This document shows positions 25,056-37,556 of a stretch of 64,000 nucleotides of DNA, piece by piece. Below the pieces are notes generated by a model. That model had not been told where the DNA came from and ran no database searches. It was given only the letters and a program-made list of their open reading frames with translations. Numbering within the stretch: the first letter of the stretch is position 1; each line of letters starts with the position of its first letter. A program made the translations under genes and the position numbers. This DNA is from Atractiella rhizophila (lineage: Eukaryota). The stretch lies in contig MU271192.1 in NCBI GenBank assembly GCA_021432655.1, forward strand, positions 1 through 64,000, in the 5' to 3' direction.

Positions 25056-25468
25056 CTTTCGCATTTCCCACAACTTTACTGTCAACCACTTCCCGCTGCG
25101 ACCAGCAAATCCTGGTCCTGAAAGCTCAAGCTCGAGAAGGCTCATGGGTAGAACGGACATTCATGCAGCCCCTAGTCCAAACGGGAAGAGGAAAGGGGCC
25201 ACAATGACCGCTGCCAAGAAATGGACTTGGGGCATTCTTGACCTCATTTCCATGATTGAGCCGTTTTCTACTTCCCTCCACGCTCTTCAGTTTCACATCT
25301 CCCTTTCTATGTGCCTATGTGCGTCGCTTCGGCACAGCCTGGTCTCCGTCATGCTTTTGTGTCCGTTTACCTGCTTGCATGCCCTCAGTCTCATGGTGAA
25401 ATGAATTTGTTTTACCCCTCGATTTCTGAGTCGTCACTCAGGCGAGCACGGAGTACTGCTTTGGATTG

Positions 25469-26402
25469 TCCTTATATATAAAGCACGACGGGTTATTAGC
25501 ATGACTCACGCATGTACTTTTTGAGCACTTCCCTCACCACCCACAACAAACCTGCCAATAATCTGAGCATACCATCAGAATACGCGTGTCGGCGCCTTTC
25601 GAACCGTGTACAGCAAAGCCTATTTGAAAGACGAAAAAAAATGTTTTCCTTACTGACTCAAGTGACTTCTTGGTCCACAACAACACCACCAAAATTCTGA
25701 GCATACCACCAGAATACGCATGTCAGCACCTTTCGAACCATATACAACAAAGCTTAAAGGACAAAAAATAATTGTCTTCACAAGTGTGTCAACGGCCTCC
25801 GTCCCTCTGGCCCCTCACCCACTTGCAAGGGGCATGGCCCCTTGAACCCTACTGTGACCGTTGTCAGGGTTCGAGTCCAGCACAAAAACACATTTTTCAA
25901 CCCTTTCAAAATAAAATTTCCTTGCAGGTTCAGAAAGGGGGGAAAGCATATGGAATATGATGGTATAATACATTTCATTCTATTGTGTATGGTGAGGGCG
26001 GTGTGAGGGCTCAAAAGTGTGTCTTATGACTCATGCCAAGAACTGATGAATCGTAGAGTAGAGGATAGGATATATAGGATGACTGAGTCAAGTGACCTAC
26101 TTTGCCACTTTTGGCAAGACTTTCCTTGCCTACTCAAAATAAGTTGCACTGCAAAGAGTTTGCCTGATAGTGTAGTTGGTGTTATGGTGAGAATGTGACA
26201 TGATTTGCTTTTGGTGTTGGTTTGATTCTCTGTTCCCTCACATTTTGTCACCCTTGAAGCCATGAGTGCCTGTTACCAATTTAACAGCTATGTAGTTTTC
26301 AAACAAGTGTTATGAGCACTCAATCGCTGATTATCTCTTAGCATGTTCTTAACAGTATAGTCAACCAGCGAAAACTAGATGGACGAGGGCCCCCCCAGCT
26401 TG
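25469..26402 (+). mobile_element. Non-autonomous Helitron derivative (~0.93 kb)
   Basis: Starts TCCTTATATATAAAGCACGACGGG as at 50208 and shares the ~135-bp duplicated subterminal unit. 26285-26365 matches the helicase stop/3'UTR at 53530-53610. Ends GACGAGGGC-8 nt-CTTG|T. Confidence 0.75.
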
Positions 26403-27367
26403 TATAGTACAACGGAAAAGGGAGGTTACTGCGGCTGGTGCATCGTGCAAGTATGGCCCCTTTTCATAAGTAATACGGTGCAGGCCACCTAGTTACAGCC
26501 AGCGCTCCCGCCCAATACAGTTCAGTATGGATGAAACTGTACTAACAAAACTGTTACAAACAGTTGTTGAGCCCACACTGATACTGAGAAGACCACACTA
26601 GCCGATACAGTCTTACGGACTTCTTTTGCCAAAACAAGCTCAGTTTCAGAAGTGACTCAGTATTACGGCTTAGAACTGCGTGCTTCGTCGCATTCACACA
26701 AGAAGAAGAGTTTTTCCACCTTCCTATGCTCACGTTCACAGCATTTGACACTCGGCAGAAGCCCCAATCATCTTCACAGCTACGACCTCTCGACAAATGA
26801 CAACGCGCCTGTCCTGCTGCCACCTCGTATTCGACTCGCATTTCAGCCCAAGCCAACGTTCGGCAAATCTCCAGAAACTTCAAGGTTACAAGACCTTCCA
26901 CTACTCGAAGAGGAATATGCAGAGAAGGAAGCTAGTCAAGGGAGCAGCATTGTTGCTGCCGATGGCGAACAGCCTGGCGGCCCTGAGATTGGATCTTCAG
27001 TAAGTTGTTCATGTTCAATTCGATTAAGGGTAGGGAGTGTTAAGAGTGTGCATGTGTATGGTCAGGCTGCATGCACGGGAACTTCAAACAAAAATACACA
27101 AGTAACCGCTCTGTGTGGAGGGACCTCTGTTGAAAGTGTGGTATGTGACCAATACAATGTTTCTTCATATCATGGCTCATTGAATTGTCCGGTAGAACCT
27201 TTCAACATGCACAGCTATTGTCTCGACGACGAGCCTGTCAACTCCGACATCAGGAAAGACTCGGAAGGTATGTTTTCTACTATCATTTGACATCAATTGT
27301 AGGTACTGACTTGCCTATCACACAGAGCGGAGTGGTGTCTACAGTGTTGAGTACGACTTCCAAATCC

Positions 27368-30300
27368 ATGGGCAAACGAACCAGAGGAAAATACTCCCGC
27401 AAATCTGTACTCGAAATACGAGCTGAACTAGAAGCTCACGGTCCAGCTTCCGATGAAAGCGACGAGGAATGAGAGTTGTTGTTGTTGTTGTTGTGATCAT
27501 ATTTCAGAGCTGTCAGACTATAGTCAACGTAGCTCTACATTCTGGGGGATATCACATTATTGAAAAGAAACACAGTTTACGAGGCGAAATTGGCCATGAA
27601 TGGGTTAACTAAGCGAAGTATACGTGTAATGTGTAAAGAAAAAGGCCCCCAACAATCCCCTTATAATGTTATGGGACTGGTAGAAGTAAAGACCGAGTGG
27701 GGGGTTACTGAATCGCGATGGCTATTTGTGTGAGGTAAATTATGCTTAGAAGATGCTGAATGGCAGATTGTGTTCCTCCTTGGGGACCCATGTGTAGGTG
27801 AAAAGAGTTCCGACCTCCGTCGTACGTTGGGTTCCTGCAAAAAGTGCCTCAGTTCGGAAGTGAAAAATCTGGACATAACTTGTTGTCTTTAATCTTCCCA
27901 ATCCTCCCTGCTGTCATCCTTTTCTCCTCTTGACTCCGCCGTGTGTTTCCTTTTTGCCTTCCTTCTATCCAAAACCCTCTGCGCCCTTGTGATCCATAAC
28001 TTGAATTTCCCGCTCCGTCTAATAAATTCCCATACCGCCTGCGTCGCCTCCGGTTCGCTCAGCAGGTCGCCCAGGGATCTGAAACGAACATCCTTTTTCG
28101 TCCTCATGCTCCTCACATTCAAAAAAGAGGTGGGTGACCGTATCCCTCATGCCCCAGGAGTCGCAGTTCGGTTCTTCCGCAATCCCTATTCGATGCAGGT
28201 AGTTGTTGTTAGAGATGTGACCAGATCACAGTTGGATGAAGATCGATGCCTGTGCTCATGGCATTTCCTTTAGCATTTCGAAGGTCTGTTCGGAGGATAA
28301 GTGCTGTGCTAAGGAGCGGTGGTGTTTGCCGGAAGAGACTGGAGGGGCGGGTACCTTGGGGATGAATTTGTCGGTGGTGATGATTGCTTTGAGAGCGGAG
28401 GGGCTTCGTGGGATTCTGATGTGACCTTGAGCTGATTTTGGATCTGTGGCTTTGTTTGCGGCTGTGTCTGCGAGTTCGTTGCCCTTGATGTTGTTGTGCC
28501 CAGGGATCCAGTGAAGGGAGACCGAGCATACCGGGAAGAGGTCTCGAAATTTGATGGCCAATTTAATGATGTTGAGGACAATACCAATTCCCGGTTTGCA
28601 TTTGGGTTTTTTCGACAAATTCTTGACTGCTGCCTGGGAATCCGTGAATATACGGACCGAGGAAAGTGTTCCTCGTGAGTTATTGAGCGCGATGCTCAAC
28701 ACCAGGCCGCGATCAATGCCCATGAGTTCCGCTTCGAAAACTGTGTTGTCATCGTAGTTGCTAAGCCTATACCCTGCCGCCATCTTTGGGTTCGTCATAG
28801 CCAGGCCACAAGCTACCCCTTCCTCTGTCCTCGAGCCATCTGTGAAAATCCAGATCTCCCCCTCGTCTTCCTTAAGTTCGTTAAAGTTCTGGAGAGCTTC
28901 TTCCTTTGAATCAGCGAGGAAAGAGAGGCTAAACGCAGCAAGAAGAACTTCACACGTGGGGAGGGCAAAGTCGAGGTTTTTTAATTTGGAGGGTATGTGT
29001 TTCATCAAGATTTCTTTACATTCATTTCTGATGGACTTGCCAGCATGACGGGCAGTCTCCGATTTATCCAAAGGGAACACGAAGCAATCCATGTGTCTAT
29101 TACTGCAAGTTGTGTGGGTGTGGGTGATGTTCATTTGTGAGGGTCATGTTGGTTCATTTATTTGTTGTCAGATCTGTACGCAGAGTTTGGGGTAACCAAT
29201 ACTCAAATATGAATAATCATCTTCACAGATGTCGGGAGCGAAAGAAGGCCGACATGGAGCTCCCCGCACTACCTCCTTCTGTTTTACGCGGTCACCAACA
29301 GATCCCAGTCAGTGTCACCATACCCCAAATCGACGAAATCTTTCAAAAGCTTGTTCAGTGGATGGTGCGGCATGATCACCCTTTCAAGATCTTTGATCAA
29401 GAGGAACTGAGAGATGCGTTCCAATTGGCGAGGGCTGGACTATGGATATACGGGTCGACTGCGGCGGAGGAGTGGTCAGGACGGTTGTACGATACGCTGA
29501 AAAAGAGCATGCAAGAAGAAATTGATGTATGTTGCTTTTCCTTTGTCTGTGTGCACATTCTTACATGATGCTGGTGTCAGGCACATCCAGCTGCAATCCA
29601 CATTGAGATTGACGGCTGGACAAGCAATGGATCTCTGCACCATATCGTTGGGATAATTGGGCATTTCATCGATGATGATTGGATCAAGCACGAAAGAGTT
29701 TTACGGTGCTCGGTCCTGCGCAACCCCACGACTGGTTTGGTCCTTGCCAAAAAAATTGCGAAGGTCTGTCAAGATAGAAGGATTCTGGACAAGCTGAGTA
29801 TGTTCATTTTGGTTCTGTGATTATAATTTGGATACAAGGCTAAAGGTTTTTATAGTGAATATCGGTTGTGATCATGCTTCGAACGAATTGTCTGCGTTGA
29901 CATACCTCGGTCCGGAACTGGCGATTCTTGGGCGGCAAGATGGATGGGATGACACGCACAACTTCAGCGGATGTGCACTTTATGTCATCAATCTTGCCGC
30001 ACAAGCTCTACTTGCTTCACTAGGAGCTGCTCCTGAACCCGACGGGCCAACACGAGCAATCCCGTTAGATGCTCCAGATCCCGATGACACCGAACCAGCT
30101 CCAGCTTGCAATGATAACAAGGATGAGGATGATGACAGCATCTCAATTGCGAGTTTGGAGTTGGGCTGGGATGAGATGGAGCTTGAGATAGAAGATGTCA
30201 CAGGGGGGGCCATTGCACTGACCGTGTCATTTCGAGCGGCTCGAGCAAAGGTATGCCGGCAGCCATAATGATCCGAAAAGTGACTTGTGTTCCTGACAGG

Positions 30301-31617
30301 TTCTCACCCTGTCCGCAATGATTCGACGTTCATCGGAACTACAATCAGCATTTTTGAAGGTATCTCGGGCTGTTTATAACCACGATGATCCCCTATATGG
30401 GTTGAAACCATTAAAGAAAAACCAGACTCGATGGAACTCAGAGTTCAGAGTGCTGGAATGCGCATATCAGATTCGAAAGGCAAGCTTCTTTTAATCTTTT
30501 GGTTTGGGTGTATGGAACTGACTTGAATCCTGGATCCAGGCACTCAACAGCTTCTGCTCTAAACATCATCGGCAGTTCGGTAGCTATGATCTCAAAATCA
30601 GTGAGTGGCAAGAAATCTCCATGGTAGTCAACATTTTGAAGGTTAGTCTTTATTCCTCATTTTTTGTGTGACACGCTCCAACCTTTTCTAGCCGTTCTTG
30701 GATGCAACAATGATACTCCAATGCACTTCGTCCCATCTTGGTGATGTTCTGCCAACTCTCTACCGCCTCCATAAATCCCTCGTCAAGGTCATCAATGATC
30801 CTACCAAACAACTAATCCACACGGCGGTCAAGCGAGCATCACAAAACTGAACAAGTATTACAAGCCAATGAAGTCCAAGAAGAATTATATCTTAGCTACA
30901 GGTGAGTTATGTTGCATAATACTCTAAAAAACTCACATCATATCGCACAGGTCTCACACCACAATACCGACTCAAGTTCTTCTCAAAGTTTTCTCCTGAA
31001 ATTACAAGCATGCAGAAGGTGCCATCAAGCAAGAGTACATGCAAGAAGCCAGGAAGTATAATATGGATATGCAAGTTGCTCCGCTTCCAACCATTCCCCC
31101 CACACGCAGCCGTGTCCAGTTGGCCTCTTATGAGTTAGAGCCGCTTTCAGATGATGAAGTGACCACTTGTCCTGTAGTAAAGCATGAGTATGATCAATTT
31201 AATAATAGGGCAGATGCAGCCTCAGGCAGTAGTCTTGGGTTTTGGAAGGTAAGCCTTTTCTGTACTGGACCCCTTGCATGACTGACTGTCTTCTTGCTGT
31301 AGGAGAACGGATCTCTCTATCCGATATGTCAACGCATGGCTCGGAATTATCTTGCGATCCCAGGCTCAAATGCAGCAGTTGAGCGGCTGTTTTCATGGGG
31401 AAAATGGATTGCCTCAGATGTACGGCCTCCATGGAGGATCAAAGATTGGCTAACGGTCTCAGTCGTCTACCTGGCCATCCATTTTGATCCCATACTTGCC
31501 ATTCTCATGCTCGCCGTTCTGATTTCTTACATTGCTTCGTCCAGGGCATTGGCGAAGCACAGGATGCAGAAACTGATGAAGCAGGTAGAAAGTGACAAGC
31601 ATCAACACGCCATGTAG
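27368..31617 (+). pseudogene. hAT transposase 3 (multi-exon, LINE-disrupted; no TIRs found)
   Basis: WMVRHDHPF, IEIDGWTS, GCDHASN, CALYVINLAAQ, NQTRWNS, MARNYLAIPGSNAAVERLFS. The 5' part may extend upstream to ~26650. Confidence 0.85.
27475..28914 (-). mobile_element. 5'-truncated Tad1-clade LINE, same family as 15361-21530
   Basis: RNase H motifs IFTDGSRTEEGVACG..LHWIPGHNNIKGNELAD. Near-identical 3' end with (CAA)n tail. TSD CGAGGAATGAGA (27463-27474) / CGAGGAAAGAGA (28915-28926). Confidence 0.93.
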
Positions 31618-32234
31618 TCCGCATATCTCCTTTCCCTGCCTCTCCATTTCTCCAATTCCTCCCTTCCCTCTTATATCCATGACGTATTTTTGTTGACAAT
31701 GCACCTGTAGACACACCGACACCGTCATGAACTGGGAAGTTGTGAAATACTTCACCGCCGAGAGGTTCGAAAGCAATAGATACTTGAAGCATCGATGATG
31801 TGCCAGGTAAACGAATATGAGGTCCATTGTAAGTGCCCTCCTTTCCGACCACCCTTCCGCTGAATAAAGAAGGATAGCGAGTCTCCAGCTTCTGAATCTG
31901 ACTCAAAACATAATCATCTCCGCTGGCCTGCTCGCCGGTTGCTCCATCGTTGCTTACGGCGTTGCAACTGGACAACAACAGGTTGAAGGGCTCATCCGCC
32001 TCATCACTTACTCGTCCATCTTTCTTCCTCAATGTTTCATCTCCATACTTTTCTACTCTTTTCGACTTAGGAGGCAGGCGTTGACTGACCGGCCGTTCAA
32101 TTCGTGAAACAGGAGGAGCCAGAGATCAAAGTTTCGCCTGGTGCACCGGAAATGCAAGTGATAGGAGCCGTTGAATTCGGTCTGTTCAGCCCCTCCTAGC
32201 CAACAGCAAGGACGATGCTGACTGTCCCTTTTGT

Positions 32235-33020
32235 GGATCGTAGATAATGTTTCTTTCTCGTACGATGGAAAACGTACGACACTTAATAACCTTTCCTTTA
32301 AGATCCCCGCCGGAAGCTCTGTCGCCTTGGTGGGAGAGAGTGGAGCAGGTAAAAGCACCGTGCGTCCTTTCCCTGCCTTTTGTGAATGATGCCGACGTGG
32401 CGAGAATGTCAGATCCTCAGGCTGTTGTATCGCTTTTATGATGTCACTGACGGGTCAATCAAGATCGTCAGTCGGTTTTTGTGCCATTTAGTGTCTGATT
32501 GCTGAGGTTTAAGGGTTAGGATGGCCATGATCTTCATTCCCTTACCCAACATTCACTCCGCTCTCAGGTCGGAGTGGTCCCACAAGACTCGATGGTGTTC
32601 AATGAAACAGTGAGATATAGTACGTATCCTGCTTTTGTTCTTTTAGCGTCGGGGAGTAGGTGAGCAAGTCCGATGGATTGTTATTAGATATCAGATACGG
32701 TAACCCAACAGCGGACGAAGACAGGATCATTTCTGCCGCCAAGGCAGCACAGATCCACGATCGTGTGTTATCTTTCTCCGACGGGCATTCTACCATTGTG
32801 GGGGACGGGGCATCCGATAGTCAGGCGGCGAGGTTCGTTCTGCGTTCCTTCTCCTTTCAATCTTGGAGCACCTAAGTTATGCTCTGATTAATGAATGATT
32901 GTAGAAACAACGAATAAGCATAGCTAGGACCCTCAAGAACCCTCCGATCCTGCTCCTGGATGAAGCTACCAGTGCTCTTGATACACACACTGAGCGAGAG
33001 ATCCAATGTGCACTCACCAA
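32235..33020 (+). pseudogene. ABCB half-transporter (HMT1/ATM1-like) nucleotide-binding domain fragment, intron-containing
   Basis: [51 protein letters not shown], broken LSGGE signature, [16 protein letters not shown]. No transmembrane domain found upstream. Confidence 0.85.
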
Positions 33021-33039
33021 CGCAAGAGGTGTTCAGAAC

Positions 33040-34295
33040 CTTAATTTCAGACAAGAGACATTTGACGAGAGGTTCCCCCCCTCTTCGGCACCTTAGCTAG
33101 CATACAACTGGAATTGAGCGGATGGTGGAAAAGATGGTGGAGCATACTGGTTTCAGGGACAGTCGCGGGGTGACGGCAGGTGAAAAGCTCACTATATTTC
33201 TTTACACGGTTAGGAAAGCTGCTAGCAATCGAACAGTTCAAAGCCGCTTCCAGCATTCTGGAGAAACGGTTTATAGGTATGTTTCTTTTGCTAGCTAGGA
33301 GACAGGGTTATAAAGGGCCTAGGCATTTCCATGATGATCTCAAGCATTTGATTCAACCTGCACTCTACAAGCGATACGTGAAAGCAGTCGATCACAATAC
33401 CCCATCCCTCTGGAGATCAAAGATAATCCGAAATTCTATCCTTTCTTCAAGGATGTGCTTGGAAGCTGTTGTTCCCACGGCAGATCAACCACGGTTTGGA
33501 GATCACAACGGCAACATCACCCAGATTGCACTCATAGCCGTCTCATTCGACTTGAAAGTTGTTACCTGCGTGGCAGGATGGGAAGGGGGTGCAGCTGACG
33601 GTACCCTTTGGCATGCAGCTCGATCCACTTCACTGCGGCTGCCAACAGGGAAGAAGCTTTTGGGAGATGCAGGCTTTGGGCTAGGAGAGGATATACTTAT
33701 GCCCTATCGGAATGTGCGGTACCACCCGAAGGAATGGCATCAGGGAAATCTCAGGTTTGTCCTGCTCCATTCCAGTTCAGTGTCACAGAAGCTCATTTTG
33801 AAGCAGACCGGCAAATGCTCAGGAATTGTATAACCTGCATCATGCACAAGCTCACAATGCAGCTGAGGGAGCATTTGGAGTGATGAAGCGGCGCTTTGCC
33901 ATCCTTGAACTGATGCGAGAATACAAGTTTGAAACACAGGTTTGTAACTTCAATCTGTGCATGTGTGGTCCATCTAACTCTTTGGCTAGGCCGCTCTGAT
34001 CCCCGCTCTTTGTCTGATCCATAACTTCATACTACATTACGAGCCGTTTGAAATCAACGAATTCGAGCTTGAGACCCTCGATGCAGAAATTCAAGAGGCT
34101 GCAGTGCGGGATCAGAACAGAAACAGCAGTGCCGGGTCACTAGGAAGAAGTTCTGTTAGCAGTACAGAGTATCAACAAGCATTAGCAGAGCGGGATAGAA
34201 TTGCACAGGCAATGTGGGATCAGTATGAGGTCACAGTACTAAGGAGAGAAAGAACGGGGCAGAGAGGCAGAGGAAATGGGAGACGGAGGACTTGA
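33040..34295 (+). pseudogene. Harbinger transposase (DDE_Tnp_4), degenerate
   Basis: AGWEGGAADGTLW, KLLGDAGF, MPYRNVRYHPKEW, ELYNLHHAQAHNAAEGAFGVMKRRF, ALCLIHNFI. Confidence 0.88.
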
Positions 34296-34400
34296 AGGGA
34301 CTTTGTAGGATACAAACTCGGAGCAGCGGCAATTTCAAGCAGTAAAGACAGTGCATTTCAAGAGAGGGTAAAGAACATTTTGAGGATCAAGCAGCTATTG

Positions 34401-35734
34401 CTAGACAGGAGTGACACCAAATTTCCGACAGACATCAGACATATATTCCTGCCTATTGTCATCCGCTTCTTCTTCCTTAAGTCCTAGGTAAACTTCGACA
34501 ATAGCAGGATGTTCCCTGAACAACTCGAAGACTCCCGCTATGCTGAAATCGACAAATAATTTATATTGAATTCGGAACAGATTGCAAGCTTCCTGGAGCA
34601 GGGTAGTAGCTGGAGTGGGAGGTTTCTGATCAGGAAGAATGTAACCATCAGTGAATGCTCCTGCAGCCGCCCGTTGAATAACAGAACAGAGAAAGCAGCA
34701 ATGACAAACCTTGACGGAGCAAGGTATTGAAATCCGTGAAGGACTCACCAATACTCGCTAATCCCATCACTCCTGTCATTCTGATTCTCTTAGGAGGTCT
34801 GGCAGAGAGGGTGTTGGGATCAGCAGGCCGTTTCTTGTTGCTGTTGATGGCAGGAGTAGGAACATCGGTTTGTTCCTTGATGACCGGGTTAGTTCAGCAA
34901 ATACACGAGCAAGGCTAAGAAAAGACGCACCTTTTCTTCATCTGAAGCAGCAGCCCACTCATGTGCCAGCTGTCTGTCCCTCTCCTCCACCGTCATAGAA
35001 TGACCCTCCATCAACTCTGAGTCTTCTGCTCCAGGATCAATCGCTGCTGCCCCTGTCGCCGCTGAGTCCTGGCACATTTCGAGCATCTTTGGCCAGAGCG
35101 ACCAAGGATCACGGAACTTCTTGTTCTTCGGATTCTTCTATTCAGTTACAATTGTTAGAACTAGTGGAAAAAGTGAAAGCAAAGCACACACCTCAATGTA
35201 CTCCTTCCAAACACTATCAGGGACAACTGGATGATAGCAATCAGAATTCCAGCCCCAGCCCGACTTGTATTTCAATTGATTGTAGATTTTGAACTTCGCA
35301 ACAAGCTACAAACACCTTAACCCGTTGAACTGCAGCCCGAAGAGAGACGTACCCCACGAAACTTGCTTTGATATGAGCTGGCATCCTTGATGCCTCCATG
35401 ACTGCTTCCCCGAAACTTGCACAATCATTGAATGCTTTCTCCTTGAAATCCACCTTGAGGGCGATCCCCAGAGGTCCAGATGGCATGAAGAGTGCCGACG
35501 AGAATCTGTTCATCCATAGGCGACCAGATGGCCTTTTCAGTCTTCCGTTCCTTCTTATTGGCTGGAGTTCCCGAATCGGCCGTACTAGCGCTCTGTTTGG
35601 CCATTGATCTCGCGTGTCGCAGGTCGTAGGGAGGGAGGAGTGCTGATTGCTAAGTATGGTTTGCTGCACAAATTGGGAACGGATGTTGAGGAGGCTGCTT
35701 TATAGGGATTTGGAGGGAGACTGAAGAGAGACAT
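34401..35734 (-). pseudogene. Harbinger Myb/SANT-like partner protein, frameshifted
   Basis: W..MDEQILV.TL...G....GFK..AF...A motif spread over shifted frames. Convergent with the transposase, as expected for PIF/Harbinger. Confidence 0.6.
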
Positions 35735-36533
35735 GGTCTCTATGACAGGACAGCATCCTACCGGTGAGACTTCCAATGATTGTCAGAAAGGAGTGGGGAA
35801 GCTGTTTGGTTGGAGACAGTGCTGATCATCGGGCAGTCTGAAACATGTCCGGGTGTTCTCGGGGCAACGAAATCACAAATTTGGGATTGAAATACAGCTC
35901 CAAGGCTCGATTTCGATTTTCGAATCCTGGCTAGGGTGAATTGCAATTGCAGATTTGTGAATTGCAATTTTTGGCAGCCAAACGGTACCGTGAATTGCCT
36001 GATTAGGGTCCAATTCACGTCCAATTCAACCCAGCCAAAATTTCAAACTTGGAAGTTGCCAAACAGGCTCTTAGAATCAGTTTTCCTTCTGACAATCATC
36101 ATAGGATAAACCTTTTCGATGCTCTGGTCGTGAGAGTTTACCCAGCTAGTGTAGGTGGTGGTGGACTCTTTCATTCAAGCATTGTAACCGTTCTTCTTAC
36201 CTGGATTTGTCATTCTCATCCACCACCTGCTGCTTCCCTGATATCCGGATTCCAGTAGCGCATGACCCGAAGTCCCTACCACCAGAAAAATTCGAGAAAC
36301 ATCCCACCTCCAGACAAGTGTTTGTTTGAATCTAAGAAGATAAAATTGTTTCAGGTCCTCATCTCCTAAGGATAGACTAAATGTCCAGAACACAATCTCA
36401 AATCCCAATTTCGGGTCCATGACTAGACTTCGATATTTAGGACGAAAGCTGCTTTGGAAAAAAATTATGTGTATACATATATGAAATCCGTAACAGAACC
36501 AAAAGGGAAAGCAACAGTGACCGGGCAATCAGG

Positions 36534-37098
36534 TGTCAACTTGGACAAACATTAATGGGAGGCCAGATCGGTGAACAGGCCCCGGCCAGGGTTAGGTTTG
36601 CCGATTTACGAAAAGTACAAAAATGTACAACTCGATGTTTGAAAACAAATGAAGTTACTCCACCAAGGAGACATGTGTTAGGGCTGACACTATGTACGGT
36701 TGCCGATGGGCGATGCGTCTGTAGTGGAGATAAACCTAAGAGCATGATATGACATGAGAAGACTAACGTGTAGTGGAGATGAACCTAAGAGAATACTCTA
36801 AGGTCACTTCCACTACTCTCTGATCTATATACAAGTGGAATAACACTGCCACAATGTATAGAAGAGAGCAGATGAAACATGTAAGAGAAGTAAAAGGGGA
36901 AAGTGACAGTGGTATTACGTGGGGTTAATAAGAGAAGAATGGACACAATTAGGCTAAGTGGTGATGTAGGCACAAATGGGCAAACAGGCGGCCGGGCACT
37001 GATTTGCACTGTGTGCAAACAGGTGACTGGAGACGCAGAGTCATGTAGAATGCAAACAGGCGAACTGGGGCCGATTTGCGTAAGATACAAACCTGACA
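36534..37098. mobile_element. Possible LTR-like insertion within Gypsy gag
   Basis: TGTCA...TGACA ends, non-coding, with internal direct repeat TGTAGTGGAGAT(A/G)AACCTAAGAG. No TSD found. Confidence 0.3.
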
Positions 37099-37442
37099 CC
37101 GCTTTGCTGCCGACCACTGCTTTGCAACCTCGTGAAGCCAATACCCCGATGATATGGAGGTGGACGCAACAAAGTTCAGACCCCCTCATTGTCAAAGATG
37201 TCAAAAAATCTGACACAAAGAGAAGGAATGCAAGATGTCTGTGAGCAAAGAGCAGAGAATATTTCGACACTCGTCTTGTACAACAAGAACGACGATCTAC
37301 ACAAATTGCCGACCAGTCGCTGAAAACGAGCTTGACAGATCTGGATGAGGATTTTTGAGACGGCAATGTGTGAAAGGAGTGTCCCCATCGCCAACTCACA
37401 ATTCATTTTCGTTAACTAAAATCACTTCCCACAAAGCGCCGC

Positions 37443-37556
37443 TGTCAGGATGGCTGCAGACCAACAGCTAACCAACTGAACTAAAAGAGCTAATGATGGG
37501 AGTTTACACCCACCTTGGTCTGTACTTAAGGTATATCAGGGGCTCGAACCCTGACA
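37443..37556 (-). mobile_element. 114-bp solo LTR with tRNA-like B and A boxes
   Basis: TGTCAGG...CCTGACA ends. Perfect 5-bp TSD GCCGC. About 93% identical to 57638-57751. Confidence 0.9.

Larger units (their letters stand above)
33025..36070. mobile_element. PIF/Harbinger transposon (left end not found)
   Basis: Convergent DDE_Tnp_4 transposase and Myb/SANT-like gene. Right terminus GCCAAACAGGCTC followed by TTA. TGAATTGC subterminal repeats. Confidence 0.8.

Noticed and set aside
26403..31800. Domesticated hAT gene (no TIRs)
   Set aside because: Disrupted by a LINE, with CxxH changed to CxxY and frameshifts. Better explained as a decayed element.
37443..37556. Bona fide tRNA gene
   Set aside because: The boxes are in reversed order and the acceptor stem does not pair. 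TG..CA ends with a 5-bp TSD indicate an LTR.
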